Assembly (NCBI GenBank): GCA_964471955.1
Contig: CAYYIK010000007.1
Span: forward strand, 2,729 to 66,728
DNA: 64,000 nucleotides
DNA from: an uncultured Thermoanaerobaculia bacterium
GTDB lineage: Bacteria > Acidobacteriota > Thermoanaerobaculia > Multivoradales > JAGPDF01
Reading direction: 5' to 3'
This document shows, one piece after another, positions 17,874-27,909 of the stretch. The notes below the pieces were generated by a model that saw nothing but the letters and a program-made list of their open reading frames with translations, made no database searches and was not told where the DNA came from. The position numbers were made by a program, and so were the translations under genes. How positions within the stretch are numbered: the stretch's first letter is position 1; every line of letters starts with the position of its first letter.

Positions 17874-20099
17874 ATGCGCGCGACGACGAAATCACGGTGG
17901 ATACCCGGGATCCTGCTGGCGCTCTGCGCCACGACGCTGCCCCTGCCGGCCGCGGCCGCGACGGGCGAGACGCCGGGTGGCGAAGTCCCGTTCGAGGCGC
18001 TGTTCGATCCGGCCCTGATGCCTCGTCTGACGGGCCTCGCGTGGAATGACGACGGCAGCCGCTTTGCCGGAGTCTGGCGCGACGGCAAGCGGCGGGGAGT
18101 CCGGATCTTCGACGGCGCGACCGGCGCCGATCTGGTGACGGCCTTCGCCGACGAACTGATCGAGGGGCCGCCGGTGCCCGACGCCACGGCGGCGGCCGCC
18201 ACGCTCGGCAAGCTCTCCGGCTTCGCCTTCCGCCCCGGCTCGAACGAGCTGCTGCTGGTCGCCGACGACGACCTCTTCCTCTGGGACCCGGCGGGGCGTA
18301 CGGTCCGCCGCCTCACTCGAGGCCCCGCCGAGGAGGAGGGGGCGACCTTCTCCCCCGACGGCCGTCGCCTCGCCTTCTCGCGCGATGCCGATCTCTGGGT
18401 GCTCGACCTGGCCAGCGGCGGTGAGCGGCGGCTGACCGAGGACGGCCGCCCCGACGAGATCCTCAACGGCACGACCGACTGGGTCTACTGGGAGGAGATC
18501 TGGGGGCGCGACGCGACGGCCCTCTGGTGGTCGCCGGACTCGCGCTCGCTCGCCTACTACCGCTTCGACGAGACCGGCGTGCCGACCCATCCGCTCCTTG
18601 CGGAACGCGAAGTGACAGCGAAGGTGACGCTGCAGCGCTATCCCAAAGCCGGCGATCCGAATCCCGACGTCGCCGTGCGCGTCGTCGAAGTCGACAGCGG
18701 CGCGATCGTCGAGCTGGCGACCGGCGAGGCGCCGGGCGACTACCTGGCGCGCGTGCACTGGGCGAGCGACCCGGGTGCCGTGGCGGTCGAGCGACTCGAT
18801 CGCGACCAGACGCGGCTCGACCTGCTGCACTGCCGGGCCGACAGCGGCAGCTGCGTCGAGCTGGCGAGCCAGCAGGCCACGACCTGGGTCAATCTCTCCA
18901 AGGACTACCGCCCGCTCGACGACGGTGGCTTCCTGTGGAGCCACGAGGGGGGCGGCTGGCGGACGCTGCACCGCCACGACCGGCTCGGACGCAGCCGCGC
19001 CGATCTCCTGCCGTCCGGCTGGGCGCTCGAAGAGGTCGTGCAGGTGCTTTCCGAACGCGGCGAAGTCATCGTCACGGCACACCGCACGTCCGCGCTCGGA
19101 GCGCTCGGCCGCAGCGTGCTGGCGCTCGACCTGACGGGACGCAAGGCGCCTCGCCTGCTGGCCGACGGACCGGGTTGGCATGGCGCACATGTGGCGGCCA
19201 CCGGGACCTGGATCCACAGCTGGAGCGACGCCCATACCCCGACCGAGCTGCGCCTGCGCGACGCCGAGGGCGGGGAACTCGCTCTGCTGCCCGGCGGCGT
19301 CGAACTGCCCGCCGCGCTCGCCGCCCTGCCGCGCTGGGAGGTGACGACGATCCCGGCGGCCTCCGGAGCTGCGCTGCCGGCGCGTTTCATCCCGCCGGCC
19401 GGGGCGCCGGACGAGCGCCACCCGGCGATCACCTACCACTACGGCGGCCCCGCCTCCCAGGTGGTGATCGATCGCTGGGAGGGGCCGCGCGGGCTCTGGC
19501 ACCGCTGGATGGCGAGCCGCGGCTATCTCGTCCTGTCGCTCGACAACGAGGCCTCGCGCTTCTTCGGCAAGCCCGGCGAGGATCGGCTGCACCGCCGCTT
19601 CGGCGAGCTCGAGCTGGCCGGCCAGCTCGACGGCGTGCGCTGGCTCGGCAATCGGTCCGACGTCGACGTGCAGCGCATCGGCCTCTGGGGGTGGTCCGGC
19701 GGCGGATCGAACACGCTCTACTCGGTGCTCCACCGACCCGGTACCTGGAAGGCGGCGGTGGCCGGCGCGCCGGTGACCGACTGGCGCCTCTACGACTCGA
19801 TCTGGACCGAGCGCTACCTCGACACGCCGCAGGACAACCCCGACGGCTACCGCGACTCGTCGCCGATCAGCGCCGCCGAGAGCCTCGCCGACGCGGTGCT
19901 CCTCGTCCACGGAACCGGCGACGACAACGTCCACCCGCAGAACTCGATCGCCCTGATGGCGAAGTGGATCGCCGCCGGCAAGCGCTTCGAGGAGGCGATC
20001 TACCCGGACGAAAAGCACGGCTTCTCACCCGCGGCGGGCCGCCACTTCTATCGCCGGATGACCGACTTCTTCGACCACCAGCTGCAATCGGCGCGCTGA
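17874..20099 (+). CDS. secreted S9 family serine peptidase (dipeptidyl-peptidase IV-like, beta-propeller plus alpha/beta hydrolase)
   Basis: ATG 17874 with signal peptide MRATTKSRWIPGILLALCATTLPLPAAAA; catalytic Ser motif GLWGWSGGGSNTLYS; HGTGDDNVH; upstream part of the 16890 frame overlaps the ETF-QO gene and is rejected. Confidence 0.85.
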   Translation: MRATTKSRWIPGILLALCATTLPLPAAAATGETPGGEVPFEALFDPALMPRLTGLAWNDDGSRFAGVWRDGKRRGVRIFDGATGADLVTAFADELIEGPPVPDATAAAATLGKLSGFAFRPGSNELLLVADDDLFLWDPAGRTVRRLTRGPAEEEGATFSPDGRRLAFSRDADLWVLDLASGGERRLTEDGRPDEILNGTTDWVYWEEIWGRDATALWWSPDSRSLAYYRFDETGVPTHPLLAEREVTAKVTLQRYPKAGDPNPDVAVRVVEVDSGAIVELATGEAPGDYLARVHWASDPGAVAVERLDRDQTRLDLLHCRADSGSCVELASQQATTWVNLSKDYRPLDDGGFLWSHEGGGWRTLHRHDRLGRSRADLLPSGWALEEVVQVLSERGEVIVTAHRTSALGALGRSVLALDLTGRKAPRLLADGPGWHGAHVAATGTWIHSWSDAHTPTELRLRDAEGGELALLPGGVELPAALAALPRWEVTTIPAASGAALPARFIPPAGAPDERHPAITYHYGGPASQVVIDRWEGPRGLWHRWMASRGYLVLSLDNEASRFFGKPGEDRLHRRFGELELAGQLDGVRWLGNRSDVDVQRIGLWGWSGGGSNTLYSVLHRPGTWKAAVAGAPVTDWRLYDSIWTERYLDTPQDNPDGYRDSSPISAAESLADAVLLVHGTGDDNVHPQNSIALMAKWIAAGKRFEEAIYPDEKHGFSPAAGRHFYRRMTDFFDHQLQSAR

Positions 20100-21148
20100 G
20101 CGGCCGGCGTCGCGAGCCAGTCCCGCAGGTCGCCGGCGACTTCGGCCGCGAGGGGTCGCCGGGCGGGGTCGGAGCGCAGGCAGGATCGCACCAGGCGACC
20201 GAATCGGCGGTCGACGAGCTGGCCGGCCGGCGGACGCTCCGCCGCGAGACCCGAGAGGACGAGGGCGAGCGGGCGGCCGGAACGGTTCCACAGTCGGCTT
20301 CCCGTGGCCGCCTCGAAGAGCAGCAGGCCGACGCCGTAGATGTCGGCCGGCGCTCCGACCGGCTGGCCGCGCAGCTGCTCCGGTGCCGCGTAGTCGAGCG
20401 TGAAGACCCACAGGTCGCTGCTCGAAGCGCGATCCCCTCCTTCGGCGATCAGGGCGGCGATGCCGAAGTCGAGCAGGTGCGCCCGTCCGTCCGCCCCGAC
20501 GATCACGTTGGAAGGCTTCACGTCGCGGTGCGCGACACCGTGGCCGTGCGCCCAGGCGAGCGCTTCGCAGACCTCCGCGATCCTCTCGACTCGCGCGTCG
20601 AAGTCCGACTCGGCGCGCGCCATCCAGGTCCGCAGGCTCTCGCCTTCGACCCACTCGGTGACCAGGTAGGGGCGCCCCGTGGGCGTCTCGCCGGCGCCGA
20701 GGAAACTCACGATGCCCGGATGAGAGAGCGACGCGAGAATCCTGCCTTCGCCGAGGAAGCGCCGCGCCAGGGCGCCGCCGGAAAACTCCCGCCGCAACAG
20801 CTTGAGCGCCACGGGCGGCCCCCCGACCCGCGGCTCGGCCCGGAAGACCTCGGCCGCCGCCCCGGCGCCGACCCGCGCGAGCCGGACGTAGCCGGGGACC
20901 TCCGGCGTGGCCCCGGCCGCGCCCGGGTCCGGCGACTCCGATCGCGTCACCAGGGCGAGCAGATTCGCGGCGTCGAGGTCGAGAACGGACCGGTCGGCGC
21001 CGAGCAGCGACGCCAGCCTTTCGGCGAGCGGGCGGTCCGCGGTGGCCAGCTCGGCCAGCCGGCGCCGGCGCGCTGCCGTTTCGAGATCCAGCAGCTCGTC
21101 GAGGAGCGGTTCGATCGCGCTCCAGGGAGGGCCGGGATCCGGGGTCAT
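20048..21148 (-). CDS. Ser/Thr protein kinase (Hanks-type), translationally coupled to the upstream ECF sigma factor
   Basis: ATG overlaps the sigma stop (ATGA); ALKLL lysine, HRDVKPSNV catalytic loop, DFG, APE motifs; 3' end overlaps the convergent S9 peptidase gene by ~52 bp. Confidence 0.8.
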   Translation of the reverse strand: MTPDPGPPWSAIEPLLDELLDLETAARRRRLAELATADRPLAERLASLLGADRSVLDLDAANLLALVTRSESPDPGAAGATPEVPGYVRLARVGAGAAAEVFRAEPRVGGPPVALKLLRREFSGGALARRFLGEGRILASLSHPGIVSFLGAGETPTGRPYLVTEWVEGESLRTWMARAESDFDARVERIAEVCEALAWAHGHGVAHRDVKPSNVIVGADGRAHLLDFGIAALIAEGGDRASSSDLWVFTLDYAAPEQLRGQPVGAPADIYGVGLLLFEAATGSRLWNRSGRPLALVLSGLAAERPPAGQLVDRRFGRLVRSCLRSDPARRPLAAEVAGDLRDWLATPAAQRADCSWWSKKSVIRR

Positions 21149-21723
21149 GCGGGATATCCGAGGCGTTCGAGCTCGAGGCGGAGGAAGGCGCGGGCCTTGC
21201 GCCAGTCGCGGCGAACCGTCCGCTCGCCGCGCCCGATCACCAGCCCGATCTCGCACTCGGTCATGCCGCCGAAGAAGCGCATCTCGACGATGCGCGCCAG
21301 CTCGGGCGCCGCCTTCTCGAGCTCGCCGAGAGCGGCGTCGACCGCCAGCAGCTGCCCCGCCTGCCAGGTCGCCGGATCGGCGATCTCTTCGGGCAGCGGA
21401 ACGTGGTGCGCGTCGCCGCCGCGCTTCCGGCGGTGGAGCCGCTCGGCTTCCGAGAGCAGGACCTGCCGCATGGCGCGCGCCGCCAGGCTGAAGAAGTGCA
21501 CCCGATCGACCGGAGTCAGGCGCGACGTCCCGCTCACCCGCAGGTAGAACTCGTGGACCAGCGCCGTCGTGTCGAGCGACGAACTGCCGCGAATCCGCCG
21601 CAGCTGGGCGCGCGCCAGCCGGGCCAGCTCGCCGTAGACGCGTTCGAAGACGCGGTCGAGGCTGGCACGGTCGCCGCCTCGCGCCGCCGCGAGCAGCAGA
21701 GTGAGATCCTCTTCGGTCTCCAT
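21145..21723 (-). CDS. ECF-type sigma-70 family RNA polymerase sigma factor
   Basis: Region 2 (ALVHEFYLRV) and region 4 HTH (LARIVEMRFFGGMTECEIGLVIGRGERTVRRDW); start at METEEDLTLLLAAARGGD. Confidence 0.8.
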   Translation of the reverse strand: METEEDLTLLLAAARGGDRASLDRVFERVYGELARLARAQLRRIRGSSSLDTTALVHEFYLRVSGTSRLTPVDRVHFFSLAARAMRQVLLSEAERLHRRKRGGDAHHVPLPEEIADPATWQAGQLLAVDAALGELEKAAPELARIVEMRFFGGMTECEIGLVIGRGERTVRRDWRKARAFLRLELERLGYPA

Positions 21724-21782
21724 CGGGTGGGTCGCCGGCGCCCATGTTAGCGCCGGAGCGACCCACCCGCGGATGTCCTGCG

Positions 21783-24599
21783 TCACAGGGCGGTGGCCGA
21801 CCACTCCAGCAGATCGCCGCCTTCGAAGTCGTCCGAGAAGAGCGATGCCGGCAGGACGATCACCTGGAAGGAGACCGCGCCACCGGTGAGATTCGCCACT
21901 ACCAGGCCGAGCCAGTCACCGAGAGCCGCGGGATTGTTCAGGCCCCCCCGCTCGGTCGCGGTCCCGGAGCTGGAACGGTTGCGCGCCAGCACGTACTCGC
22001 TCTTGCGCTTCGTCCAGCTGGCGGAGTTCGCCGGATCGGAGCGGTATCCGTAGATGGCGAGGTCGGCGCTGCCGCTCACCGGGACGACGCGGACACGGCG
22101 ATGGCTCGCCGCCGGAACCCAGACGTCGAAGACCGAGAGGACGTTCGCGGCTGCGTGCGTCACCGGCCCGAGCGTGATCGGTGAGCTGGAGCTTCCGGCT
22201 CCCAGGCCGAGGTTGGTGAACTGCAGATTGTAGCCATCCGTGCCCGCGAACCGGTAGACGCGGTAGTGCTCCTGGGTCGTCGTCCGGTGATTGCCGTCCA
22301 CCGCGACGAAGTCGATGGCGCTGCCGGCGTAGGTCGACGTCTCGTTGACCGTCCGCACGCCGGGGTTGACGAACAGCGAGTGACTGGCGAGCTCGAGGTC
22401 GTGATCCGAGGTTCCCGCCGGACGGATTCCAACGGCGCGCCAGTAGTTGTTCGGCGACCAGTCGGCCGGAAAGACCGCGAGGTGGGTGCCCGTCGGCGCG
22501 GGCACCTGATCGGTATAGCCGACCTCGGGCACGATCCGGTACTCGCCGCGCCACCAGCCGGCGCCGAGCCAGGTGCCGCCCGAGCTCCAGTCGGACGAGA
22601 AGAGCGAGGCGCGGAAGCGGTAGGTCTCCGAGGCTGGAGCGATGAAGTCGATGATCTCGTAGGCGTTGCGGACGCTCGACGAGCAGGTGATCACCGTCGT
22701 GTTGTCGGCGCGATAGGCGCACAGGTCGATGTCGGCCGGCAGCGGGTCCGTGGTGTAGGCCGCGTTGGGGTTGGTCGACCAGGCGATGGCGAAGCGCACC
22801 CGCTCGCCCGCGTAGGCGTACTGCGAGTAGTTGATGGGGAACGTCGTCGTCGAACCGATGGACTGGACCGCCCAGTTGCCGCGCTCGGCCGAGGCCGCCG
22901 CCGCCGCGCCGACGATGCCACCCGCGCCGTCCTTGTCCGAAAGGCGCGTCGCCCCTTCGACGTTGTGGATCGCCGTCGCCATCAGCAGCGCTTTGACCGC
23001 CTCCGGGTCGTTCTCGATCGCCGGGTCGACTTCCATCACGTCGGCGGCGAGCGCCGTGACCATCGGTGCCGAGTAGCTGGTGCCGCTGCCGACGGGGCCG
23101 ATCCAGGGGCTGGAGGTCGTCGTGCTGGTGATCGAGGAGCCGACGCCGGCGATTTCGGGCTTCTCCTGCGTCCCGGTGCCGGCCGAGTTGTTCGGGTTGC
23201 CGAAGCTCGAGCAGTTCGACATCACGTCGCCGGTCCACGTCAGGCTGTCGAGGTCGTCGTAGTTGCCGACCGCCAGGATGTTGTGCCCCTTGGCGGGCGA
23301 GGTGACGTAGGTCGAGAAGTTGCCGCCGCACCCGTTGCCGAAGTTGCCCGCCGCAACGACCACCGTGTCGAAGTGGGAGCGCACGAAATAGTCCATCTGC
23401 CGATCGACACTCCAGAAGTTCGGGTTGTTGGCGCTGTCCCAGTACCAGCTGTTGTTGAGCACGCGGGCGTTGGACGACCCCCACTCCATCGCCGCCGACA
23501 TGACGCCGAAATCGGAGTAGCTGCCGTTGGCGCTGTGCAGGTCGACTTCGTCCGCCAGGCCGTGCTGCGTCGCGTCGGTGCTGCGCACCATGCCGCCCAC
23601 GGCGGTCGGATGGCTGGCGTAGGGCTGTCCGCAGGCGTAGCAGGCGGAGAGGGTGAGGAACGGATTGGCGAACGAGGCGCGCTCCCCCTCGGTGATCGAC
23701 ACCTCGACGCCCGTGCCGTCGTAGCCCACGTTGTTGGGCACCAGCATGTTCTGCGTCGGGCGCGCGTTGGCGAGCAGCGGGCCGCCCTGCCCCGAAGCGT
23801 CGTAGAGCGCGTCGATCTCGGGCCAGAAGGCGAGTTCCTCGAGGACCTCCCGGCGCCCTTCGAGCACGACGAGCGGGGAGAGCTCGCCGGCGAACGTGAT
23901 GTCGAGGTCGAGCGCCGTCACGCGGCCGAGGAAGTCGGCGCGCGCCGGCGCGATGAGCTCGCGGATCAGTCGCTGGCGCTCGGCGTCCTCGGCGCGCAGG
24001 GCCGCCTGGACCGCTTCGCGGTGCGCCTCGCGGCGCGGATCGACGATACGAAGATCGCCCGGCTCACCCTTGGAGAGCTCGGGGGCGGCGTCGGCGCGGG
24101 TCACCGGAGCGTCCGGATCCGGCTCGGCGGCCTCGCCCAGCGCGCTGCCGGCCTCGCGGCCGGTCGGCTTCGGAGCGAGTCGCTCGTCCGGCAGGGCCGA
24201 CAGGTCGACGGCGAGCCAGGCCGTGACGCGCAGGCGATCCGCCGGGCCGAGCTGGTCGAGGTGCCGGCGCAGGTCCGGGGTAACGGCGCCGTGGCGGGCC
24301 CGCCAGGCGTCTCCCGCCCGCCGGATCTCGGCGTAGCGGTCGACCACCCGCTCGCCGTCGAGCGCCACGCCGACGATCTCGCCGGTTGCCCGGTCGATCG
24401 CCTTGACGGTCTCGATCCGGCGGCCGTCGGCCAGCGTGTCGACGGTCGTCTCGATCTTCTCGATCGAGTCGGGATCCAGGCCCAGGGCGGCCGCCAGGCG
24501 ATCGCCGGCATCCTCCGCCCGGACGGGAGCCGCCAGGGGGAGCGCCCCCAGCAGCAATGAGGTGAGCAGTGCGGTTCTGATTCGACCGGAATTTCGCAT
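21783..24599 (-). CDS. secreted S8 family serine peptidase (subtilase) carrying the shared C-terminal tail motif
   Basis: Signal peptide MRNSGRIRTALLTSLLLGALPLAAPVRA; subtilase Ser motif GTSYSAPMVTALAADVM; ends ...SLFSDDFEGGDLLEWSATAL; RBS upstream of the start. Confidence 0.85.
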   Translation of the reverse strand: MRNSGRIRTALLTSLLLGALPLAAPVRAEDAGDRLAAALGLDPDSIEKIETTVDTLADGRRIETVKAIDRATGEIVGVALDGERVVDRYAEIRRAGDAWRARHGAVTPDLRRHLDQLGPADRLRVTAWLAVDLSALPDERLAPKPTGREAGSALGEAAEPDPDAPVTRADAAPELSKGEPGDLRIVDPRREAHREAVQAALRAEDAERQRLIRELIAPARADFLGRVTALDLDITFAGELSPLVVLEGRREVLEELAFWPEIDALYDASGQGGPLLANARPTQNMLVPNNVGYDGTGVEVSITEGERASFANPFLTLSACYACGQPYASHPTAVGGMVRSTDATQHGLADEVDLHSANGSYSDFGVMSAAMEWGSSNARVLNNSWYWDSANNPNFWSVDRQMDYFVRSHFDTVVVAAGNFGNGCGGNFSTYVTSPAKGHNILAVGNYDDLDSLTWTGDVMSNCSSFGNPNNSAGTGTQEKPEIAGVGSSITSTTTSSPWIGPVGSGTSYSAPMVTALAADVMEVDPAIENDPEAVKALLMATAIHNVEGATRLSDKDGAGGIVGAAAAASAERGNWAVQSIGSTTTFPINYSQYAYAGERVRFAIAWSTNPNAAYTTDPLPADIDLCAYRADNTTVITCSSSVRNAYEIIDFIAPASETYRFRASLFSSDWSSGGTWLGAGWWRGEYRIVPEVGYTDQVPAPTGTHLAVFPADWSPNNYWRAVGIRPAGTSDHDLELASHSLFVNPGVRTVNETSTYAGSAIDFVAVDGNHRTTTQEHYRVYRFAGTDGYNLQFTNLGLGAGSSSSPITLGPVTHAAANVLSVFDVWVPAASHRRVRVVPVSGSADLAIYGYRSDPANSASWTKRKSEYVLARNRSSSGTATERGGLNNPAALGDWLGLVVANLTGGAVSFQVIVLPASLFSDDFEGGDLLEWSATAL

Positions 24600-24682
24600 C
24601 GATTCCTCCTCGCGAAAAGGCGTGATTCCATTCAGAGTAACGCCGACGCCGCGGCGAACCGGACACCGGCGCCGGCCCCGGG

Positions 24683-26305
24683 TCAGACCTGGCTCTCGAG
24701 CGGCAGCCTGGCGAGCAGCCAGGCGAGCAGGCGGCGCCAGGTGGAGGCGCGCGGTTCGCGGGTGCGCAGAGGCCGCTCGGGGTCGCCGGTCCAGACGACC
24801 CGCTGGCGCTCGATCGGACCGGCCGACGTGCGCACCCGCTGCGCCTCCAGCTCGACCTTCCAGCTGTAGGCGGGGTCGTACCCCCGCTCCAGCCGGGCGG
24901 CAACCGCCGCGGCGACCGGAGGCGCGTCGACGAAGAGGCCGATCTCCGTGTTGAGCACCACCGAGCGCGGATCGAGGTTCAGCGATCCGACGAAGAGGTG
25001 GCGGCGATCGAAGACCAGGACCTTCGAGTGGAGGCTGGCCCGCGACCGGCGCGACGGGCGGAGAAACCGCCCGTCGTCGTGCCCGCCGGGACGCAGTTCG
25101 TGCAGCTCGACGCCGGCCTCGAGCAGTCGCCGGCGCGTCGAGACGTAGCCCGAATGGGCGGCCACCACGTCGTTGGTGGCCAGGGAGTTGGTCAGGACCC
25201 GCACCCTCACTCCCCGCTCGACCAGCCGCGCGAGCTCGTCCGTCGTCGCCTCCGGCAGAGCCAGGTAGGCCACCTCGACCAGCAACTCCTCGCCGAGCAG
25301 CGCCGTCTCGCCGCGCAGCCGCTCGGCGATGACGCTGGTGACCTGCTCCGCCTCGCCGATCTTTCCGGGGTCATCCACCAGCAGTTCGACCGGCGCCCAG
25401 AACAGCTCCGGCACGATCCGGTCGAAAGCCGCGCCGGCCGTCTCGGGCGTCGGCCGGGAGGCGTACGGAATCCGCTCCTGGCCGGCCTCGAAGCGCTCGA
25501 GCGCCTGCCGGGCGCGCTCGAGCCGGCGGTCACGGGCGTGGGCCAGCTCCTCGATCGGTACCGCCCAGCGGCTGTTCCAGTAGCGGTCGAACGCCGCGCT
25601 CGAGTCGGCCGCCACGGGGCCCGCCGCGAGCAGGTCGAGGTCGCGGAAGTTGAGGTCCTCGGCCAGAAGGAAGTAGTGATCCGCCACGTTGCGGCCGCCG
25701 ACGATCGTCCAGCCGCCGTCGAAGATCCACTGCTTGTTGTGCATGCGTCGGTTGAGGCGGCGGAAGTCGGCGATGAACTCGATGGTGCGTTCGACCCAGG
25801 TGTCGCCCGGGCGGGTGCGAAACGGATTGAACAGGCGGACCTGGAAGTTGGGATGCCGATCGAGAGCGGCGAACATCCGCTCGTTGCGGAAGGTCGCGGT
25901 GTCGTCGAGCAGCACCCGGACGCGCACGCCGCGATCCGCGGCGGCGAGCAGCCGGCCGAGGATCAGGCGTCCCGAATGGTCGAGATCCCAGATGTAGGTC
26001 TGGACGTCGATCGACCTGCCGGCCAGCTCGATCATCGCCAGGCGGGCGTAGAGGGCGTCCTCACCCGTGGCGAGAGAGGCCACCCCGCTGGTGCCCGCCG
26101 GCGCCCCGACCCGCTGCCGGTCGAGCCGCCGGTCGAGCACTGTCCGCTCGCCGAACGGCTGCCGCGAGATCGCGGTCTCTTCGAGGGTGCGCGGGCCGCG
26201 CCAGGAGCTCGCGCAGCCGGGCAGCAGCAGCGCCGCCGTCCAAGGCAGAAGGCGCACCAGGGTGCGGCGGACGCGGATGCCGAGCGAGGGACGCATCGCC
26301 GGCAA
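24683..26305 (-). CDS. phospholipase D family protein (cardiolipin synthase-like), probable lipoprotein
   Basis: Two HKD motifs (HNKQWIFDGGWTIVGGRNVAD and HSKVLVFDRRHLFVGSLNLD); lipobox-like LLLPGCASS after the signal peptide. Confidence 0.8.
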   Translation of the reverse strand: MPAMRPSLGIRVRRTLVRLLPWTAALLLPGCASSWRGPRTLEETAISRQPFGERTVLDRRLDRQRVGAPAGTSGVASLATGEDALYARLAMIELAGRSIDVQTYIWDLDHSGRLILGRLLAAADRGVRVRVLLDDTATFRNERMFAALDRHPNFQVRLFNPFRTRPGDTWVERTIEFIADFRRLNRRMHNKQWIFDGGWTIVGGRNVADHYFLLAEDLNFRDLDLLAAGPVAADSSAAFDRYWNSRWAVPIEELAHARDRRLERARQALERFEAGQERIPYASRPTPETAGAAFDRIVPELFWAPVELLVDDPGKIGEAEQVTSVIAERLRGETALLGEELLVEVAYLALPEATTDELARLVERGVRVRVLTNSLATNDVVAAHSGYVSTRRRLLEAGVELHELRPGGHDDGRFLRPSRRSRASLHSKVLVFDRRHLFVGSLNLDPRSVVLNTEIGLFVDAPPVAAAVAARLERGYDPAYSWKVELEAQRVRTSAGPIERQRVVWTGDPERPLRTREPRASTWRRLLAWLLARLPLESQV

Positions 26306-26366
26306 GCCTAGCCCGGATCCGGGAAGGCCGCGCGGGCGAGAACCGGCTTGTCGGGGGCGCCGCCGT

Positions 26367-27617
26367 TCAGGCGTGCCGGCGCATCAGCAGGGCGCCGTTG
26401 GTGCCGCCGAAACCGAAGGAGTTCGTCAGCGCGACGTCGATCTTCGCCGCGCGGGCCGCGCCGGGGACGAAGTCGAGGTCGCACCCCTCGCCGGGCGTCT
26501 CCAGATTGATCGTCGCCGGCATCACCTGCTCGCGCACCGCCATCGCCAGGATGCCGCACTCGAGGCCGCCGGCGGCGCCGAGCAGGTGTCCGGTCGACGA
26601 CTTGGTCGACGACATCGCCAGCTTCTCGGCGTGGGCGCCGAAGACGTCCCGTACCGCGTGCACTTCCGCGAGGTCGCCCAGCGGGGTCGAGGTGCCGTGG
26701 GCGTTGATGTAGTCGACGGCCTCCGGAGCGAGCTCCGCGTCGGCGAGGGCATTGCGCATCACCGAGGCGGCACCCCTTCCCTCCGGGTGCGGCGCCGCCA
26801 TGTGGTAGGCGTCGCCACTCATGCCGTAGCCGACGATCTCGCAGTAGATCGGAGCGCCGCGGCGGCGCGCCCGCTCGTACTCCTCGAGCACCAGGATGCC
26901 GGCCCCCTCGCCGATGACGAATCCGTCGCGCTCCCGGTCCCACGGGCGGGAGGCGCGCTGCGGATCGTCGTTGCGCGTCGACAGGGCGCGCATCACCGAA
27001 AAGCCGGCGACGGTGATCGGCGTGATCGCCCCTTCCGACCCGCCGGCGATCGCCGCGTCGGCGTAGTCGTGCTGGATCAGGCGAAAGGCGTCGCCGACCG
27101 CGTGCAGCCCCGACGTGCAGGCAGTGCAGGGGGCGGTGTTGGGACCGCGGGCGCCGAAGCGGATGGAGACCTGGCCGGCGGCCAGGTTGACGATGACGCC
27201 CGGAATGAAGAACGGCGAAACGCGCGACGGGCCACGCTCGACCAGGGTGCTGTGCGTCTTCTCGATCATCGGGAAGCCGCCGATCCCCGAGCCGATGACC
27301 ACTCCGACGCGGTCGGCCAGCTCCTCGTCGATCTCGAGACCCGAGTCGTCCATCGCCATCTGGCTCGCCGCCAGCGCGTAGAGGATGAAGAGGTCCATCT
27401 TCTTGACCTCCTTCTTCTCCACCCAGCGCTCGGCTTCGAAGCCGGAGAGTTCTCCGGCGATACGCGTCTCGTAACCGGAGGTGTCGAAACGCGAGATCGC
27501 CCCGACGCCGCTTCGCCCCGCCATCAGACCCTCCCAGGTCTCGCGGGTTCCGATGCCGAGCGGGGACACCAGTCCCACCCCGGTCACGACGACGCGTCGT
27601 CGGTCACTTCTCGCCAT
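26367..27617 (-). CDS. fabF: beta-ketoacyl-ACP synthase II
   Basis: Start MARSDRRRVVVTGVGLVSPLG; active-site Cys (APCTACTSG) and His motifs (NAHGTSTPLGD, STGHLLGAAG) of KAS II. Confidence 0.9.
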   Translation of the reverse strand: MARSDRRRVVVTGVGLVSPLGIGTRETWEGLMAGRSGVGAISRFDTSGYETRIAGELSGFEAERWVEKKEVKKMDLFILYALAASQMAMDDSGLEIDEELADRVGVVIGSGIGGFPMIEKTHSTLVERGPSRVSPFFIPGVIVNLAAGQVSIRFGARGPNTAPCTACTSGLHAVGDAFRLIQHDYADAAIAGGSEGAITPITVAGFSVMRALSTRNDDPQRASRPWDRERDGFVIGEGAGILVLEEYERARRRGAPIYCEIVGYGMSGDAYHMAAPHPEGRGAASVMRNALADAELAPEAVDYINAHGTSTPLGDLAEVHAVRDVFGAHAEKLAMSSTKSSTGHLLGAAGGLECGILAMAVREQVMPATINLETPGEGCDLDFVPGAARAAKIDVALTNSFGFGGTNGALLMRRHA

Positions 27618-27663
27618 GATGTCTCGGTGACTCGTTGCCGCCCGCCCGCCGGCGGGCGCGCAC

Positions 27664-27909
27664 TCAGTTCTTCTGTCCGGCGTGCTGCTCGATGTAGCTG
27701 ACGGCCTCGGAGACGCGGCCGATCTTCTCGGCATCCTCGTCCGGGATCTCGATGCCGAACTCCTCCTCGAAAGCCATCACGAGCTCGACGATGTCGAGGG
27801 AATCGGCTCCGAGATCGTCGGTGAAGCTGGCGTCGGCGGAAACCTCGTCGGCTTCCACGCCCAGCTGCTCGACGATGATGCTCTTGACCTTCTCGGCTAC
27901 GGTCGACAT
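27664..27909 (-). CDS. acpP: acyl carrier protein
   Basis: 81 aa; phosphopantetheine attachment [31 protein letters not shown]. Confidence 0.9.
   Translation of the reverse strand: MSTVAEKVKSIIVEQLGVEADEVSADASFTDDLGADSLDIVELVMAFEEEFGIEIPDEDAEKIGRVSEAVSYIEQHAGQKN

Noticed and set aside
20048-20099. 52-bp convergent overlap of the S9 peptidase and kinase 3' ends, considered as a possible mis-called stop or frameshift.
   Set aside because: Both C-termini look native (S9 ends with the family-typical ...FFDHQLQSAR; kinase ends after ...LRDWLATPAAQRADCSWWSKKSVIRR). Convergent overlaps of this size are common in compact high-GC genomes. It was kept as a note only.
24615-24645. Possible third, reverse-complement copy of the 36-bp AT-rich motif (TGATTCCATTCAGAGTAACG).
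   Set aside because: Only ATTCAG...GTAA is shared with the reverse complement of the motif. Similarity is too weak and gapped to call.
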